The notes beneath the pieces are model-generated. The model worked only from the letters and a program-made list of their open reading frames with translations. It did no database searches and had not been told where the DNA came from. Shown in pieces: positions 51,756-64,000 of a stretch of 64,000 nucleotides of DNA. Source of the DNA: Tricharina praecox (lineage: Eukaryota); assembly GCF_024521635.1 (NCBI RefSeq), contig NW_026250407.1, positions 744,001 through 808,000 on the forward strand. Reading direction: 5' to 3'. The number at the start of each line of letters is the position of its first letter. The stretch's first letter is position 1. Made by a program: the position numbers and the translations under genes.

Positions 51756-52988
51756 TCGTACTTGTATGATACCAGAAACACCTTGCTGGCCAAGCACCAA
51801 GTAAAAGCGTGTAGAGTGTCCTGTCCATACAGAGTGCATGTAGGTAGTTACGGCACATTGTGTATGTAATTGTTAATCACATGGGAGTTGGTGCTGAGGA
51901 ATTCTCCCGATGGGACGGGAAGTGTGTAGGAAGGATAACCTTTCCAATTTCTACGCTTGGTCGGCATTCGAATGGGTGGTTCCCCACAAAATCGAGTACT
52001 CTAGCTATGGACAGCTACCGATTCGATGCGAGCCACGATCCTGGCCCGTCCAGTGGCGACCACCAGCTCGAGAACCTAATCGAGTCGGCAAGGCTGCATT
52101 TCGAAGTTTTAGGTAGTAATTCTCCGAGGAAACGGGGCAGTCTGGCTGGCCTAGGAAGTGGGAATTAGCGGATCTACAGGGCTTCGAAGGAAGCCGTGGA
52201 TGGATGTTCAGTTGCGTTACCTACCAGTAGTGCCCTTGCGAGGAGAAGGAAGAACTTAGCACACTGGCACCCTCTGGCCAGCCAGCCAGCCAGCCATCAT
52301 CCATCCAGAAGGCACAGCTTACTTTACCGATTCGCCGCTGCCGGCCGAAAACTGCTCCTACACAACACTCTGCACACATCCACATCGGCCACTACCTCCA
52401 CCACTACCGCCATCACCACCACTATCGTCACCCACACGCGACAGTCCCCCCGTTTCGACTTACCGCCGCTGCGGCTTCGCACCGAGAACAAGAAGAAGAG
52501 GAAAGCTCTCGCCTACCCAGCCATCCCGGCCTGCTGGACCTTTCCTGCGGCAGAGCGACACCTCGCATTCTCGGGTTACTCTCGATAGATACTGCGCCGA
52601 ACAGGACGACGGACGAACGGTCGGACGGACGGACGAACGACAGCCTCGATCAGGGCCCTCTAAAAAAGGTAAAAAAAAGAGAAGAGGAAAAAGAGGACAA
52701 CAAGAGCAAGAAGATAGACCGGATTCATTATTGGCGCGCGCTCTCTCTCTCTATTGCTCGGCTATAGGCAGTAGGGTATTCTTTTCTCATCATCTCTTTT
52801 CGCAATTGGTCACACGCTTTCCTCTCGATTGAATGTGTGCACGAACCAAAATATCGACGAAATCTCGGTGAACACGGCAGTTGAAAAGCAAAAATTCCAT
52901 TCCGCTGAGGAGAACCGCGCATCGCACGAATCACAACTTCACGCACGCAGACCGCCCGCCGCCGTCGCCGCCCACAATCCCAGCCGGT

Positions 52989-55084
52989 ATGACAGAACTT
53001 CAGGTATCCTCAAATAGTAACGGTGTTGGTGGAGGAGGAGGAGGAAGAGGAACAGGAGGAGGAGGGGGGAGCGGAGGCGCAGGAGGAGGGAATCACGACG
53101 ATCACCACGGGGAAGGCTCTGCCGATGCAACCGCGCAGTCGGCTACTGATTCGCAGTCCCCACCACCGTCCGCCACAGCACAAAGTTCGTCGGGACGGAG
53201 CCCCAAGAAGCGGCGTAAGGTCAATCATGGTGAGTTGTTTGTTGTACCTGTCCGCGCGCGGTTCCATTGGCCCTGCACTGCACTTATACCCCACTTACTT
53301 TTCCTTGCTGCCTACTTTCTCTCTCAAAAACTGACTCGAGTGTCGCGTGATAGCTTGTGTGTATTGCCGTCGCTCCCACATGACATGCAACGATGGTACG
53401 TGGTCATTTTCTTCGTCGGATTCCTTTTCGGAGGGCGGGGAAATGGAACGGAGAGCGAGCAGGATCCATTTTTTCAATTGGTCTGGGAATATGAATCTAA
53501 TTATACTTGGGCGCCATCATCAGTTCGGCCTTGCACGCGCTGTGTAAAAAGGAACATCGGCCATCTCTGCCACGACGAGCCTCGAGAGCCAAAGAAACAC
53601 AAGGCCGAACACTCGGGCCAGGAGAATGGCCACGAGGATCAGCACATCCACACTTCGCCAAAGGCATCAATTGCCCCATCGGTCAATGGTATGTCGAATT
53701 CTATGGAGCACCAGGACTTGAAGCCAACGGTTTCCGCAACTCAAGTCGCGGTGTCCCTTGGACCACCCCCCTTGCCAACGTCCAGGACCGGTGGGGGGCC
53801 GTCGACAGTAGCACCATCAGCTGTGTCGGTGACACCCCGGTCAAATATGAATGCAAACTCCCAAGCTTGTACGTTGTCTCTTTTTTTTCTTCTTTCCGTA
53901 TAAAACCCCGACTTTGCCCTCTGACTCGAAATGTAGTCTTGGGAGTCAGCGACTGGGACATCCCTCAACCTCAGCAAACGTCAAGTTTCACGAACCCGTA
54001 CCATCAGCAGTGGATGTTTTCCGCACCGGAGGTCTCCAGCGAGTTCAACCTGTTGAGCGATTTTCTGGGCAACCTATATTCGGAGGAGCTATTTGACACT
54101 TCGCCGGGGCTGTTCGATAATGCCCAGGGAACCCCCAATCCCCTCGGGCTCAGCGATTTCACCCCGCAAAGGCACACGACTCCGGCGTCGAATACCAACC
54201 CAACCAATTCTCGGCCCGGGAACGGGCGGGCCTCGGACCGCGCGCGGGAGAACTACTACCTGACCGCAGCCGATCCTAACAAGGATGTCCCTGAAGAGCG
54301 GATGAAGCAGGTGTTGAAGGCCAAGCTGGAAGCGGGGCTGTTGAAACCTTTCAACTACGTCAAGGGCTACGCCAGGCTCTCGCAGTACATGGAGAAGAAC
54401 ATGCAGCCAAGTTCGCGGAAGAAGATCCTGTCGAAACTGGACGAGTTCAGGCCCAAGTTCCGGGAACGCACGCAGTCGCTGACCGACTTGGATCTGGTCC
54501 ATGTGGAAGAGTGGTTCGAGAAATCGTTGCTCGAGTACGACCGTGTGTTCGCGTCCATGGCGGTGCCGGCTTGCCTCTGGCGCCGAACCGGAGAAATCTT
54601 CCGGGGAAATAAAGAGTTCGCCGAGTTGATAAATGTTCCTATCGAGCACATGCGAGACGTATGTGCTATTCTAGTTAGACCATTTGATTTTACGTTGCTG
54701 ATTGGTCGCAGGGAAAACTTGCAATCTACGAATTGATCGTGGAGGATTCAGCGGTCAGCTACTGGCAGAAATTCGGCACTATAGCTTTCGACACTACGCA
54801 AAAGGCCATGCTCACAAGCTGCCATCTCAAAAACCCGGACCCCACTGCCACGGAAAAGCTGATCCACTGTTGCTTCTCTTTCACAATAAGACGGGACAGC
54901 TATGACATGTTAGTACTCACCCGCCCACAGCTACACAACCCAGTGATGAGGGTTGTATATTTGTTGCTGCTGTAGCTGCCCGAGACTTCCCCCCTTGCTG
55001 ACACCCTGCCGTGCCAACAGACCCGCGCTCATCATTGGCAACTTTATGCCCATACACCCAAAGAAACACATTCCCAGCTCGTGA
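52989..55084 (+). CDS. acuM: Zn(II)2Cys6-PAS gluconeogenesis regulator AcuM/Rds2
   Basis: Exons 52989-53229, 53354-53395, 53524-53868, 53937-54658, 54712-54908, 55021-55084. Motifs KKRRKVNHACVYCRRSHMTC..RPCTRCVKRNIGHLCHDEPRE, GLLKPFNYVKGYARL, PACLWRRTGEIFRGNKE and CCFSFTIRRD..IPALIIGNF. Confidence 0.93.
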
Positions 55085-56574
55085 GAGTCGGACTACAGCA
55101 CTATCCTCCCTCCCAATACTCGATGTTGACGTATGATACCCCGCATTACTTCACTGGTGGCTTGCTGCAACACATTCACACATTCGTCTGTCCGTCCGTT
55201 TGTCTGTCTACGTCTTAACGAATCCCCATTAATGCCCCCCGTAAGTAACAGTGTCACACGAGTCGTTCGATGAGCAGCTGGGTAGGATCTGTGCTGGTTA
55301 GATGTGTATTGCATACCTCTTCTTTTCTGTGTATTTGCATACTGTTTTGATTTCCTTTCGTTTTTGGTTACCTTTTTGGTTACATTCCGTTCTAGACAGG
55401 AGGATTGTCTGGCGTTTAGCTGCTGCGGGTTGTCGTTGGGCTGGTGCTGGTGCTGTGGCGTGTCGTCCTTTCTTTGATCCTCGATATCGATGGCTGGCTT
55501 GTTGATGTTCCCATCTGTATCTGGTGCTCGACCGCAAAATCATCAGCGTATAGACCCTTTCACCGTCTCGGTTCCTTTCGATGCGTGTGTGGTTACATCC
55601 AGGTGGTACTGCAAGCGGTGCAAGGTGGTCCCAGCGGCGAGGACCGTTTGTGTGTCCTGGCCTGCTTGTGTGGCGTTGTGCTCACTGGAGCCCAGGGAAT
55701 GGAGGAGCCGTGTCATGGCATGGGAGCCCACACGACTCCATCGTCGGTGGACCGCTCATACTGCCCGTCCGCGTCTATTCGTTGCCGATGAATTGTTTTG
55801 CTTGCACTTACATGGACCCCAAGAGTGTGTAACGGCGCATGTACCCACCGAGCCTGGGCCATATGGTAGGTACGGGTGAGATGCGTACTTCTCCTTCTGG
55901 ATGCCTGTTGGGCTACCGGCGCTGCTTCTGTATACTCAAGGAACTATGCCCCGCGTTCTAGCACATGGGGGGACATGGTAACTGCATCTATATGGGTTAT
56001 CCGTGCTTCATCACTGTCTGTTGTGACTGTTGCTGGCGGGCGTGCTGGCGGGCGTGCTGCTGCGAGTGCCCGTGTGTGAGGGGACTCGGCCTGATGGGCT
56101 GGATTCATGGGGTGGATGGGTGGATGGAAGTACGGATGGGTGTATGGAAACGCGGCCGACTGCATCTGGAGAGTGCACTCTTCTATTTACGCTCCAAGCT
56201 CATGCTTTGCTTTGCTTTGCGTGCTCGACGTACATTAAGTAACCATTGCAACCACAACTGACTGCACCTGCTCCCATCCCAGCCAGCCAGCCAGCCAACA
56301 CCGTCCATACAGCCCATTCCAACCATAGTCAGTCCATACATACAACCTGCTCAACTCAACCATCCTTTTCACACACACACGCACACACACACCACATCCA
56401 TCCTTCCCCTCCGTCCCCCTTCCCCTCCTCTCCCCTCACTGTCCGCTTCCTGCGAGTGGCGCCCCTGGCTTCGATCTCTACCTCCTACTCTTGATCGCCC
56501 GAGGCACATAAAACGCACATCATCCCAACCGCTCCTCGGCCGGTCCTGCATTCGGCAACTACTTGCAGCTCGAA

Positions 56575-59500
56575 ATGGAGACAACAATCCCCACCACCGG
56601 ATCTCTGCGTGCGAAGATCAAAAGCTTGCTCGGTAGGTACATCCCCGCCTCTCCCAGCTACACGGTACCTACTTACCGCTGGCTGGCTGGCTGGCTGGCT
56701 GGGGGGTAGGTACTTAGGTGTGTTCTTTTACCGATCGACGGACTAATAAAACTGCCATGGAGCAGCTACAACTGCCGAGCTGAGAAAAGAGCTTTCGAGC
56801 AACAACAACAATGGCAATACAGCGTCAGCGTCGGCGTCAACGTCGGCGTCAGCGTTGGGCGTACGTCTCGATTCTGCCCTGAGATTGGCTGAACGTTGTG
56901 CTACAGCCCGTCAGTCGCTGCCCTCGTTGAGAGAGGGCTTCGATGACCTGGATGTTGTTGGGACCGACTTGTGGAATCTTGCCGCAAACCTGGCACGAGA
57001 TAGGGACGTACAGCACCTCCTCCCCCACAGCGGTCCGGACGGCGTTTCCAACAGGACAAGGAATCTCCACGGTGCGTGTGCTCCCGCTGCAATATCAACT
57101 TTTGTTGTTGTTATTGTTGTTATGTTACGGTTGTTGTTGGTTTGTTGATGGATAGAAATTCTGATGTGCTAGGGTGATGCCCAGTCCGGTTGCTGGCTTT
57201 CTACATGATAGAGTGTTCGCAACAGGTTGCGACAGCGAACTATCGCAACATAGCACGGTTATTAAAAGTGGCACTGAAGGCAGCTCGTCAGTGCGTGGGT
57301 TCGTGCATCCATCCGTCCAGTCGGCAAACCAAGCTGCCATGTGTTGTTGTGCACTCGCTCGACTAGATGAAGGAGCTGATTCGTGTGCGAGTGTATCGTA
57401 AGAGGTAGACGAAGGAGAACTGCACTGGGCCAACAGCGTGCTTGAGCGGGCCGCTTCGCATCGAGAACGCTTCAAAAAAATCGCAAAGGACAACGGGCCA
57501 GATGCGGAAGCGCAGCTGGCGAGTCAGAGCTGCGGGTTCTACACCATCAAGATGCTGCTACACTGGAAACAGGGGAACCACCCTCTGGCGAATAATACGT
57601 TTGCGAGAGTCACGGAGGATGGCATGGCCGAAGCGCTTTCGCAGCCCCATGTCGCCGAGTACATGGCTAAGGCGCTGTTTGAGATTGGAAACGAGCTGTT
57701 CAAACAGAAGTCGTATCCGCTAGCAATTCAATGGCTGCAAAGAGCTTTCAATGTTCTGGATAAGGTGGAGATCTTGTACCTGTCGGAACACGGGTCTGAA
57801 TTGCGGTTGAGCGCAACCCATAATCTCGGTATGATCGATACGTTTTTATCAAGAATCAATAGATCTAACATGGTCAATAGCGAGAGCGTGCATCAAATCG
57901 GGCATCCAAGAGAACTTCAAGAAAGCAAAGAACATAGTCGACATCATTTCTAACGAATGGCCTCACCGCTTAACGACTCTCCTGCTCAGATTGGATTTGG
58001 CCCAAGCAGAAGCGCCCGAGGACGTGGAAGCGTATTGTCAAATCGTTCGACAGATGATAGATGTGGCACAACTGACGGAGCAGACATTCAAGGCAATAAT
58101 GGGCCGAATACACGTGCTTGTCTCCAAGAAGGCAGTGCGGCTCGCATGCGGTTGTATGGATACTCTGATCAATAAAAGGCTGGTGCTCCTTGAAAACGAT
58201 GAGTGGTTGGCTCAAGCATTTATCACTCGTTTGTGGGCAACCGTTCAAGATAAAACGAGTCGCGAAGGAGATTCGGTCGAAGATTTGAAATCGCTGTTGG
58301 ACAAGTTGACGAAGCAGCTGTCAAAACCACTTGGCCAGACGGCCACCCATGCCGCTCGAATTTTGCTCTGGAAGGTGTCGGAAACGTTCTATCTGCAAGA
58401 GAAGTACGATCTGTCAAGCATCTGGTGCCGCGTAGCTCTACACAAAGTCTTCGACCGGTCTGGAGAACTGAATCTTGCAAAGATTGCCCGGTGGGTTTGC
58501 CGGTTATGTTTGTGGCGGTATTGTTGTGGCTGCTGACGGGAATAGACGAGTCATCATGTGCGCTATCCAGATGAAGGAGTATGGAATCGCTGGCGAGATA
58601 TTCAATGACATGTCCGAAGCCGCCAAGAATGCTCCGCTCACCCGCCTTCTGATGTTTAAGGTCGCGCTACGAACATCGGATGAGGATCTTGGTGAGTGGG
58701 ATGTTTCCGATCTTAGCTCCTACACCGATTGACAGAGTTAGCTATAAATTGCCTCGAGATCATAGCACAGCACCCAGACAGCGATCATAGGCTACTATAC
58801 ACATGTGCTTTGGATGCCCAAGAGATTGGTAATCGCAGGATTGCCTTGAGGTCCTTACAGTACATACTAGGTCTAGCGGAGAACTCCTCGGAGGTGGCTG
58901 CAAAAGTGCCGGTCATACTGCGGTCGACGATCAGATTGACGATGACGGAGATTGAGAACACACGGGACGCAAGGTCTCATGTCGAAAATCTTTGTAGCTT
59001 ATATGAAAGAGGTATACTCGATTTTTCGGATGTCTTTAGATGGAGTGGGAAGGCTAACCTGTCACCTCAGCGCTGAAATACGCAAAGAAGTCACGGAAAA
59101 GACCACACGCCGCAGGTGGAACACGGATCTTTGATACCACGGAGTTGGAGTGGTTCTCGATCAACGGATATAACCTCGGACTTAGAGGCGTTGTGGAATG
59201 GACTCCGGCTATAACCTTGAGAATATTCACTGCCTGCCTCGGATTTACTGAACTTTTTCCCAGTGACATCGGGGCAGCAAAGTATGCTGAGATCACCCAT
59301 CGAAAGCTTTGTCTCCACTACCTCTGCGCAAACATGTGCATCAACATCGCCCGCCTGGATGAAACGATCGAAGGACAGCTACAGCATTACGTTTTTACCA
59401 GGGGCCATGTGGAAGGATTTCGAAAGGTGTACACCGATTGGGAGGGCAGATCGGAAGAGGAATCGAAGGACATGCGAGGGAAATTTGACAAATTGCTCCC

Positions 59501-60147
59501 TTTCGACTTTGAAGGGGCCACGAAACTAAAGTTGTGGGATGAGCTTGACCAGTTGGTTGACGAAGCCATCTTACTGGACGCTCAGAACAGCTTTGCGCTT
59601 GAATACATCGCGGATATCGTTATGTGTGCTACGACACCCCAGACGACGGCGTTGAACGTTTTGCACCGGATCGTGGAGCATAAGATAACCGTGCAGTACA
59701 ATGACATGCAGAAGCTGGCCACATGGATCAGGTGGTTGATACAGTTCTCCTTGTCGAGAGATGCAAGCATCGTCGAGACTCTGTTGACACAAGCTATCGA
59801 GCTGGCAAAATGTGCCGATCCTGACAATCGGTACTCCGAAGCGGAGCTGGAGTGGCTCATAGGTGAGTAATGTCGCCGGTGGTCCTGGGATAACGTGGGG
59901 AAGATTAAGAACTAACGCGGAGTGTAATATTAGCGACTACATGGAACAAGTCTATTGATTTTTCTTGGTATGTTGTTTCCTACGTGACGGTATGGCTAGG
60001 CTCTGGGATGCTAATCTCTATTGCAGCGTATCCGACACTGTTGGAGCGAAGCGGTTCGTAGAGCTTGCGTTGTCGCTAGCCGCATTGTTGAAAAGCGATG
60101 TGAAGTTGAAAGAATTACAGGGGAAACTTTTGGACGCTCCGTCATGA
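56575..60147 (+). CDS. SPO22: Meiotic ZMM protein Spo22/Zip4 (TEX11 family, TPR-like)
   Basis: Exons 56575-56632, 56766-57071, 57185-57298, 57409-57828, 57881-58490, 58546-58691, 58742-59011, 59071-59862, 59934-59967, 60027-60147. Motifs LDVVGTDLWNL, LFEIGNELF..AIQWLQRA, HAARILLWK, ELEWFSINGYNL and ELEWLIATTWN. Confidence 0.9.
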
Positions 60148-61203
60148 GGGAATAACTGTGTTTTCTTTCTTTTCTTTCTTTCTTTCTGATGATATTTGAA
60201 CATCGATGCAACATGTTTTGCTTCTTGTATGTAGAGTAGAGTAACGGCCGACGGGATGAGGTTGAGATATCCAATAGGAGATGCGCAGTAGATGTCTTGG
60301 CTCATGTTCACTGGCTCGCTTGTGGCCCTGGCGCCTGTCACGGATCGGCCCGAGTATGATGCAGGGCTCAGGCGCACGGACGTCGAGATCAACAACATCA
60401 AGTTGCCAGTGCGCACGTTCAGCTTGGGCGGAACTGCAGGCTCACGCACTCGGCCTATATTCGATTCCCTGGTACTCTGGGGCTAGCGATGATTCACTTC
60501 TAGTCCGAACTATAGCCGCAAGCAGCAGCGAGCTCAGATACCTGTTTGTGCGCATGTTTGAGGTATCGTGAGACTGAAGTAGTAGACTTAGGCGTCGTTC
60601 CATCCCCCCAAACGTCGATTGCCTAGCCAGCTGAGGTCTTATCGAAACAATCACTCACTTTGGCCGACACAACATCGCTCCTTCGAACCTCGCTGCCACT
60701 ACCGCTAGAAGCAGCTGGACGCCCCACACCTCAAAGCTTTGATTGAGTCTCAAAAACACCAGTCTCATCCTACAACAACAACAACAACAGCAACAACAAC
60801 AACAACCACCATAAAAGCTTCAGCCGAGCGCCGCAACCTCCTCCTCTTCTTCTTCCTTTCCTCTCCACTCCACACAACAAACGATCCGAAAGTTTCCGCT
60901 CCTGCTCCTGCTCCTGCACTTGACTTTCCACACACACACACGCTTCGATTCGTTCGACCCCACCACCACTAAACCTCCTTCGTCAACTCAACGCTGCCTC
61001 AGTGCTTTCCACCTCCCACCTTTCTACCTGCGTTAACCTCCTCCACTCTTCGATAACTCATATACTCTTCGCTACCTACCGCGCATACACTCTTCGCTAC
61101 CTACTGCACATACGCTCTTCGACTCCACTTCGACTACACACTTGCGAAACATATCTTGCATCCCGCATCTCGATATCGTCCGATCCGATCAAGAGCTCGA
61201 GAT

Positions 61204-61830
61204 CGAAAGCTACTTCCTCCTCTCCCCTCCCCTTCAAAGACCGAGAGAGAATCTCCGGATTGAAGCTTCTTCACGCTCTGCGCTCTTCTCTGCTCCTCGA
61301 ATCTCGACACTTCGGATACGAGTTCAGGTTGTTTACTTCTTCGGACTTTTGAACTTTTGACTACGACTTCACGACTTCACGAGAGGTACAGCGATAGCTA
61401 CAGAGACAGAGACAGCTACAGCGATAGTTACAGCGACAGCTACAGCAACTTATTCACAGTTTCGAGCTACGACTTCACGACATAACGAAAGCTACTTTCT
61501 CCCCTCCTCTTTAAAGACTGAGATATCCGGATAAAACTTGCTTCCCGCTCTGCGCTCTTCTCTGTTCAACCCTTCGGATACGAGTTCAAGTTCAAGTTAC
61601 ATCCCGCTCTGCGCTTTTCTCTCCTCTCCACTTCGGACACAAGTTCAAGTTCTCCACTTCTTCAAACTTTTGAACCACGACATCACGACCTCACGATAGC
61701 TACAGCTACAGCGACAGCTACAGCGACAGCTATAGCAACTTGTTCAAACTTTCGAACCACGACATCACGATAGCTATAGCGACAGCTACAGCAAGTTCTT
61801 CAGAGTTTCGAACCACGACAGCCACAGCAA
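61204..61830. repeat. Diverged ~282-bp tandem duplication with nested sub-repeats
   Basis: Units start CGAAAGCTACTT at 61204 and 61486. Shared blocks CGCTCTGCGCTYTTCTCT, CTTCGGAYACRAGTTCA, (GCTACAGCGACA)n and TTTCGAACCACGAC; partial further copies to ~61830. Confidence 0.85.
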
Positions 61831-61924
61831 CTTCCTCGTATCGAAGTTCGTCCAGATCGCACCTCACTTCGGACCGTTTTCTTTTCCTTACGTCGATTAC
61901 ATACATCTACATTTCGTCTACACG

Positions 61925-63026
61925 ATGATGTCCGTCACTCAGTACCAGCAGCGCCAGCAGTCTTACATGACCATTCCCGGCCAACAGGACTGTGTCAACT
62001 TCACCAAGAGTGCCCTCGGATACAGAGGATGCACCAAGGCTTTCGTAAGTTTACCACTTCTCCCGTTACTCTTACTTTTTGATAATGATACTCATATTAT
62101 GACGGATAGTGCAAGGATCGCCATGTCGACTACCACAGACACAAGAAGTTCTGTTTCCAGTACGAGGCCAAGGGCCATTGCGCGCGCGGTACTAGTGAAT
62201 GACATCTCTCCATGTTGGGTTGAACTGAGCTGATGGTGGGATGATAGAGTGCCCATACCGTCACTGCAAGACACGTCGGTTGACGTGCAAGTACTTCCTC
62301 GCCGGAACTTGCAAGAACGGGAGCGGTTGCATGTACTCCCACGGGGGACACAACCACCTCAAGGTACTGTATCATCCTTCTTGTTCATGGTGAATGTGTG
62401 CTGATGTTTTTACAGGGCTACAATGCCATGGCGCCAATCGGGAACGCCGAGTACTGCTCCGACGCGCGTGAGCTGACCTCTGGAGACCACCAGGTCCCCA
62501 TGTCAACCTTCAAGGAAGCCACCGCCGAGAAGGAGAGTGCGGAGAGGCTACTCGCCGAGGCAAGAGCCAAGGTGGTAGCCTACCAGCAGGCCCGAAAGGC
62601 TGCCTCTCCCCCCGCCACTCTCGCCGAGGCTGAGCTCAGGGCGAGGGCGTTGGCGTCGATGACGCCCAAGGTAGTTCATCCACCACTGACCGATCTTGGG
62701 AACTATTGCTGACTGGTAATAAGGTCCTATCTCCCTCCTCCTCCCCCAAGGCCGAGCCTGCCTCAGTCCGTGCCGCCACCCCGCCTAGGGCCGAGCCCGT
62801 CGAGGATCCCCTCCCGACCACCTCTAGAAAGAGGGGCAGGGAGGAGGACTCCGACTCGGGTGAGGCCGCCAACAAGAAGGCGAAGCTTCCGGAGATGCCG
62901 GCGGGACCCGAGAAGCCGGCTGGCCCCGAGAACTGGGAGTACGCCGCGGTCGTGGTGATCCCTGAGATCACCTATCGCTGGGACGAGGACCAGGCCGACT
63001 ACGAGCTGAGTGAAAACGAGGCCTAA
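61925..63026 (+). CDS. Triple CCCH zinc-finger protein (~292 aa), no orthologue recognised
   Basis: Exons 61925-62044, 62110-62194, 62248-62363, 62416-62670, 62724-63026. Fingers CVNFTKSALGYRGCTKAFCKDRH, CFQYEAKGHCARGTKCPYRH and CKYFLAGTCKNGSGCMYSH; bipartite NLS-like RKRGR..KKAK. Confidence 0.8.
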
Positions 63027-63425
63027 GGGCCGGAGGAGTAGTTCGGGGGCTGTGTGAGTTTGTACCATAGGAGATACCTTTACCCTTACTATGATCGCGT
63101 CTTTTAATATCTTTTTTGTTCTTTTTTTTCTTTCCTTAAGCGAGGTTCTGGAGTTTGGGCAGGCTGTTTTGGTGTCGATATTTTGGCTGGCGTTGTAACG
63201 ATGTAGATTTGAAGTTCATATTTGTGAACGTTCTCGAGTGAAGCTACTGGTAGAGATTGGAAGCTATCTAGTGGTTTATATAGGATATGGAGAGGATAAG
63301 AGCTAAAGAGCGATTCGTTGGATTACTACATACTGCCCCTACATACTGAGACCGAGTTGCTCGTTATGGAAGATGCTTTGGCCATACGTTACTCAGGCCA
63401 GTGGAGTAGTAATGATTACAACCAA

Positions 63426-63955
63426 TCACAGATCAGCAATCGTCTTCGTATTCCTCCCCAAATCCTCGATATTCTGTTCCCCAGACCCATCATTCTCACG
63501 AGCGTTATCGCCCACATCCTCCTTCTCGCCCAACATCCTCTCGAGGACCTTAGCCTTTGCCCTTCCACGCTTCAGCGTCTCCTCGACCTCTTCCACCGAC
63601 TCCTCATCGTTTTTGAACGGCGGATTTGTCAGCAGCAGAGCCAGTGCCTGAATATTTTTCTGCGCCCGCGCGTTCTCGATTCTGGTCGGGGCACCAGCGG
63701 GAAGCTCAGCGCGAGCACTCCACACTGCGCAGCGGCCCTGCAAGCGGCCCAGCTCTAGGAACTTCTCGAAGCCTTTTTCGAGCCCGAAGATGCGGCCTTC
63801 GGTGCGCCCGGCGGTCTCGCCGTCCGCGACGCCGAGGGCGTGGCCTTCGGCGTAGAAGCTGGTAGAGTGTTAGTGCTAGATCGCTCTGGATGGGTTCGGA
63901 CACCGGAAACTCACTCTTCCTCCAAAGAGAGGAGCCCGTCGAAAAAGTCCGTCAT
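63426..63955 (-). CDS. LTO1: Lto1/ORAOV1 family (Yae1_N domain) Fe-S adaptor for Rli1
   Basis: Exons 63955-63915 and 63858-63426 give MTDFFDGLLSLEEDFYAEGHALGVADGETAGRTEGRIFGLEKGFEKFLELGRLQG (repeated GxxxG motif). Confidence 0.88.
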
Positions 63956-64000
63956 GGTGCTTTGCGAGAGTTTTCTTCAGTGGTTTCTATGATGACATGG

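Noticed and set aside
61300..61880. CUUCGG motifs as UUCG tetraloop hairpins
   Set aside because: Flanking bases do not form stems beyond the closing C-G pair
1..64000. tRNA, rRNA, snRNA and transposase/RT genes
   Set aside because: No T-loop/B-box with cloverleaf, no recognisable rRNA or snRNA, and no DDE/RT motifs found by eye; small ncRNAs could have been missed

Overview
Eukaryotic DNA from a filamentous ascomycete (short GT-AG introns with CTRAC-type branch points, GC-rich, microsatellite-laden intergenic DNA). I could build 15 spliced protein-coding gene models by hand: mitoribosomal bL28m (partial), RGP1, CYC8/SSN6, a 2-TM hypothetical protein, an ADAM metalloprotease, acetyl-CoA synthetase (ACS), GET2, an Ino2/Yas2-like bHLH, a TMEM135-like protein, MRP49, a CENP-Q/Okp1-like protein, AcuM/Rds2, SPO22/ZIP4, an unrecognised triple-CCCH zinc-finger protein and LTO1. 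I found no tRNA, rRNA, CRISPR array or transposase. The most interesting unexplained signals are: (1) an AUG-less in-frame 25-codon extension ending in PPPPLKKIR directly before the ACS start, a candidate non-AUG nuclear isoform; (2) a small terminal-inverted-repeat family, present as a tandem hairpin dimer upstream of acuM and a decayed copy upstream of ACS; (3) a CCCH RNA-binding gene behind a 1.37-kb AUG-free leader built from nested repeats; (4) a stop-introducing alternative acceptor in meiotic SPO22; (5) a dense PacC-site cluster and paired ICRE-like boxes. Gene identities come from recalled family motifs; no database search was run.
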